A DNA stretch of 64,000 nucleotides, taken from NCBI GenBank assembly GCA_964291295.2, contig OZ219754.1, positions 1 through 64,000 on the forward strand, read 5' to 3'. The stretch comes from an uncultured Candidatus Binatia bacterium (GTDB lineage Bacteria > Desulfobacterota > Binatia > UBA9968 > JAJDTQ01). Below the pieces are notes generated by a model. It saw nothing but the letters and a program-made list of their open reading frames with translations. It did no database searches and had not been told where the DNA came from. A program made the position numbers and the translations under genes. Numbering within the stretch: position 1 is the first letter of the stretch; every line of letters starts with the position of its first letter. This document shows positions 60,693 through 64,000 of the stretch, one piece after another.

Positions 60693-61969
60693 GCTACTTT
60701 GCGCACAGCGATGAACGGCCTGAATGGGCGGCACAGCTCCCTGAAGATTGGGAATGCGACTGGCTGAAGTGGTCGGTTGATCTATGCACAAACCGCCCAA
60801 CCGTAGAGGAGCAAGAGGCGCTTCCATACATCGCTAACGAGCATATCGCGTCGTGGACAGGAAGACTCTTGATCGAGGAACCGAAACCGGCTGAAGCAGA
60901 CAGTCGGACATTTCAGCAAAACGATGTGCTTTTCAACAAGCTTCGGCCGTACCTTGCCAAGGTCCATCACGCGGAATTTCACGGGGTTAGTTCGGGAGAG
61001 TTGCTTTGCTTGCGACCAACGCATGTTATAGAGTCGCGCTTCCTCTTCTACTTGCTCTTGTCCAAAGGCTTCATCGACACGGTCAATGCGGAGACGTTCG
61101 GGGCCAAGATGCCCCGCGCCGATTGGGAGATTGTCGGCCATCAACCCCTGCCTCTTCCCCCACTCGTCACCCAACGGCGGATCGCGCAGTTTCTGGATGA
61201 AAAGACGGCGAAGATCGACGGGCTGATCGAAAAGAAGCGGGCGCTTCTGGACCTACTGGCCGAGAAACGTCAGGCGCTCATCACCCGCGCCGTCACCAAG
61301 GGGATTGAGCCAGATGCGGCGATGAAACCGTCCGGGATCGAATGGATCGGCGATATTCCGGCGCATTGGGAAATACGACGTGTCAAAGAACTCGGGGAGC
61401 TTATTGGAGGCACTGGCTTTCCTCATGATTTTCAGGGCCAATGTGGTCTTGAGTTGCCCTTTTTTAAGGTCGCTGATCTCGGTCGAATCTCCCAAAACCA
61501 GAAGATGCTGGGTACCGAAAACTCCGTTGATCGCACCACGGCCAAATTTCTTGGAGCTTCAATTATTTTACCGGATGACGTGGCATTCGCAAAGGTCGGA
61601 GCAGCGCTGCTCTTGAACCGATTCCGTCGTATCGGAGCTCCTTGCTGCATTGACAATAACATGATGGCATTTCGCTCCGATCCTAGAATCTCCCCTGATT
61701 TCACACTTTATACGTTGAGTCGGATAAACTTCTCTGACATCGTGAATCCAGGAGCTGTTCCTTCGGTAAATAGTAACCAAGTAGGACAGATTGAAATAGC
61801 GCTACCACGTCTGAACGAACAGATCAGAATCGCGCAATTTTTGGATGAGAAGACGGCGGAGATTGACGGACTGCACGAACTAGTCGTCCATTCCGTCGAC
61901 AAACTTGCGGAATACCGCTCGGCCTTGATCACAGCCGCCGTTACAGGACAACTCGCGGAGCTACAATGA
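60689..61969 (+). CDS. hsdS: Type I R-M specificity subunit
   Basis: Two TRDs, each followed by Q.RIAQFLDEKTA.IDGL; KPSG.EWIG.IP.HW; R.ALIT.AVT. Confidence 0.95.
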   Translation: MSYFAHSDERPEWAAQLPEDWECDWLKWSVDLCTNRPTVEEQEALPYIANEHIASWTGRLLIEEPKPAEADSRTFQQNDVLFNKLRPYLAKVHHAEFHGVSSGELLCLRPTHVIESRFLFYLLLSKGFIDTVNAETFGAKMPRADWEIVGHQPLPLPPLVTQRRIAQFLDEKTAKIDGLIEKKRALLDLLAEKRQALITRAVTKGIEPDAAMKPSGIEWIGDIPAHWEIRRVKELGELIGGTGFPHDFQGQCGLELPFFKVADLGRISQNQKMLGTENSVDRTTAKFLGASIILPDDVAFAKVGAALLLNRFRRIGAPCCIDNNMMAFRSDPRISPDFTLYTLSRINFSDIVNPGAVPSVNSNQVGQIEIALPRLNEQIRIAQFLDEKTAEIDGLHELVVHSVDKLAEYRSALITAAVTGQLAELQ

Positions 61970-62040
61970 TTCTCGGCGCTGCCGCATATTTCGGGCGTTC
62001 CGCCGATCGGCTCAGCGTTTCCGCAGAAGAGGTTTGCCCC

Positions 62041-62148
62041 GTGCCCGGCCACACCGAACGCAATTACGAGCCAGCGATTGAAGCCGGGCTGACCGGATCC
62101 GGTGGCTACGAGACGCGGAACCCGGAAGCCTTTGACGAAACGTATTGA
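62041..62148 (+). pseudogene. Truncated copy of the hsdR 5' end (35 codons)
   Basis: MPGHTERNYEPAIEAGLTGSGGYETRNPEAFDET-Y* aligns without gaps to MATHTERAFEAAIEAGLTGVGGYEKRSPSAFDET at 63832. Confidence 0.85.
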
Positions 62149-62149
62149 C

Positions 62150-63307
62150 ATGACTCGAGTCGCCGTCAGTCCTGACGTCCTTCGCTGGGCTCGGGAGCGT
62201 GCCGGGTTGGGATTGGCCGACCTGCAGGGCAAGTTCCCGAGGTTGGCGGATTGGGAAAGCGCATCCAGCCGGCCCACGATGCGGCAGTTGCAAGCCTTCG
62301 CCAAAGCGACGCGGGTGCCGTACGGTTTTCTTTTTCTGCCGGAACCGCCGGCGATGGGCCTGCCGTTCGCGGACTTTCGCGCGGTCGAGAGTCGACGACC
62401 TCAAGGCATCAGTCCGGAGTTGATGGATACCGTCCATCTCATGCGGCGGCGGCAGGCCTGGTTGCGGGAAGAGCGGATGGAAGCGGAAGCGGCGCCGGTG
62501 GACTTTGTCGGCGCCGCATCGCTTTCGGACGACCCGGCGGCGGTCGGCCGGCACATGCGGCAGGTGCTTGGGCTGGTTGACGGCTGGGCGGGGCGGGTGC
62601 CGAACTGGACGGCCGCCGTGGGTGAACTGCGCAAGGCCATCGAAGCACTCGGCGTCATGGCGGTCATCAACGGCGTCGCCGGCAACAACAACCATCGCGG
62701 ACTGGACGTGAACGAGTTTCGCGGTTTTGCCCTGAGTGACCCTCACGCCCCGTTGATCTTTATCAACGGGGCCGATGCAAAGTCCGCCCAGATGTTCACC
62801 CTTGCGCACGAACTGGCGCATCTGTGGTTGGGCGATGCAGGCGAGGGCCTGTCCGGTTTCGAGGGGCTGCAACCGGGCGGCGGAAAGGTCGAGCGATTTT
62901 GCGACCGGGCGGCGGCCGAATTCCTCGTCCCTGCCGCCGAAATTCGCGCCGCCTGGCATCGGGTTGCCGATGGCCGAGCACCTTTGGAGAAGCTGGCCGG
63001 GCGCTTCAAGGTCAGCCCGGTGGTGATGGGACGGCGGGCCATGGATCTGGGTTTGATGGAACGCGACGAATTTTTCCTTTTCTACCGCGATTACACCCGA
63101 AGAGAACACCAGGAAAGGCAGGCAGGACCGGGCGGCGGAGATTTCTACAACAATCAGCACAATCGGGTGGGGCGGCTGTTTGCTTCTCACCTGATCCGGG
63201 CCGCCAAGGAAGGGCGCATCGGCTTCAAGGAAGACTACGACCTGACCGGACTGAATGGTGGTGCGTTCCAGCGGTATGTTCGCAAGCTTGAAATCACGCT
63301 GCCATGA
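62150..63307 (+). CDS. HTH-XRE + ImmA/IrrE family zinc metallopeptidase
   Basis: LRWARERAG, WE....PT..QL, P..DFR, EFRGFAL, FING.D..SAQ.FTLAHELAH, E.FC...AAE.L.P. Confidence 0.92.
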   Translation: MTRVAVSPDVLRWARERAGLGLADLQGKFPRLADWESASSRPTMRQLQAFAKATRVPYGFLFLPEPPAMGLPFADFRAVESRRPQGISPELMDTVHLMRRRQAWLREERMEAEAAPVDFVGAASLSDDPAAVGRHMRQVLGLVDGWAGRVPNWTAAVGELRKAIEALGVMAVINGVAGNNNHRGLDVNEFRGFALSDPHAPLIFINGADAKSAQMFTLAHELAHLWLGDAGEGLSGFEGLQPGGGKVERFCDRAAAEFLVPAAEIRAAWHRVADGRAPLEKLAGRFKVSPVVMGRRAMDLGLMERDEFFLFYRDYTRREHQERQAGPGGGDFYNNQHNRVGRLFASHLIRAAKEGRIGFKEDYDLTGLNGGAFQRYVRKLEITLP

Positions 63308-63828
63308 GTTCGACACCCGGCTACCTCATCGATTCCGACGTGCTGATCACGGCGAAGAACCGATACCATGCGTTTCCGATCTGTCCGGGGTTCCGGGACA
63401 GCGTCCTGCACGGCCATTCGCTCGGACACATCCACAGCATGGATCGAGTCAGACAGGAGTTGCTCCTCGGCCACAGTGACGATGACCTGGTGCAATGGAT
63501 TGGTCACTCCGTACCCGCAGGCTTCTTTCTCGGCAGCGACGTCGGCGAAGTCGCCGCCGCCTTCACGCGGCTCATGCTCTGGGTGCTGCGCCACGAGCAG
63601 TATTACGACGAAGCCAAGGCCAAGTTTGCCAGCGGTGCGGATGGCTGGCTGGTCGCTCACGGCATGACGAGCGGAAAGACCGTTGTCACCAACGAGCAGC
63701 CGCGCCCGGGGTCGCGCAACCAGATCAAGCTGCCCGATGTCCGTGATGCCTTCAACGTCGATTTCGAAGATACCTTCGCCGTGCTGCATACGCTCGGCGT
63801 CCAGTACCGCTTTTCACCAGACGGGTGA
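63304..63828 (+). CDS. DUF4411-family PIN-domain protein
   Basis: YLIDSD.LI.A...Y......PGF, V..EL....DDL..W, ADGWLVA, VVT.E......IKLPD; ATGA overlap with the upstream gene. Confidence 0.87.
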   Translation: MSSTPGYLIDSDVLITAKNRYHAFPICPGFRDSVLHGHSLGHIHSMDRVRQELLLGHSDDDLVQWIGHSVPAGFFLGSDVGEVAAAFTRLMLWVLRHEQYYDEAKAKFASGADGWLVAHGMTSGKTVVTNEQPRPGSRNQIKLPDVRDAFNVDFEDTFAVLHTLGVQYRFSPDG

Positions 63829-63831
63829 CCG

Positions 63832-64000
63832 ATGGCCACGCACACCGAGAGAGCCTTTGAAGCTGCCATCGAGGCCGGGCTGACCGGCGTTGGCGGCTAT
63901 GAGAAGCGGAGCCCGAGCGCCTTTGACGAAACGCTGGCCCTCTTTCCGGCCGACGTCACCGGTTTTCTGAAGGACAGCCAGCCGGCCAGGTGGCAGGCGC
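63832..64000 (+). CDS. hsdR: Type I R-M restriction subunit, 5' part (runs off the window)
   Basis: HTE.AFE..IE..L....GY......FD...ALFP.DV..FL..SQP..W is a typical HsdR N-terminus; follows hsdM-hsdS. Confidence 0.8.
   Translation, partial: MATHTERAFEAAIEAGLTGVGGYEKRSPSAFDETLALFPADVTGFLKDSQPARWQA

Noticed and set aside
61178-61873. Internal direct repeat in hsdS as a shufflon or inversion system
   Set aside because: These are the normal conserved regions after each TRD; no second hsdS or recombinase is visible within the window.

Overview
High-GC bacterial chromosomal window. The FN3 adhesin, S8 proteases, TRAP/LIV transporters, LLM oxidoreductases and amidohydrolase suggest a Deltaproteobacteria/Binatia-like, possibly sponge-associated organism; this is inference only. 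The backbone genes are: TRAP dctPQM, ampG, tRNA-Ser(TGA), CYTH, two LLM oxidoreductases, tcuAB, asparaginase, an EEP nuclease, a nitrilase/DUF2848/cupin cluster, a LIV-type ABC system, serS, yraN, rnhB and gatCA. Three accessory defence-type islands interrupt them. (1) About 14.9-25.2 kb: a lower-GC, tightly coupled five-gene operon (COG2401-type GNAT+ABC-ATPase fusion, HerA-like ATPase, unknown 404-aa protein, RelE-like+PLD nuclease fusion, AAA+ ATPase), followed by a trypsin-like protease/putative nuclease pair and bordered by an IS1182 relic. I cannot match this operon to a named system, and it is the best candidate for an undescribed one. (2) About 38.6-47.1 kb: a transposase relic, higBA, a Type ISP-like nuclease-helicase-methyltransferase with an in-frame G20 tract, and an AlbA_2/Schlafen-HATPase gene. 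(3) From 58.5 kb to the end: a Type I R-M locus with an HTH-ImmA/IrrE + PIN(DUF4411) pair lying between two copies of the hsdR 5' end. The window also holds a >1680-aa FN3 adhesin (absent from the ORF track) with a C19 tract just after its start codon, a doubly frameshifted S8 protease with a 10x36-bp repeat, and several short intergenic tandem arrays. All family assignments come from motif recognition by eye, not from database searches.
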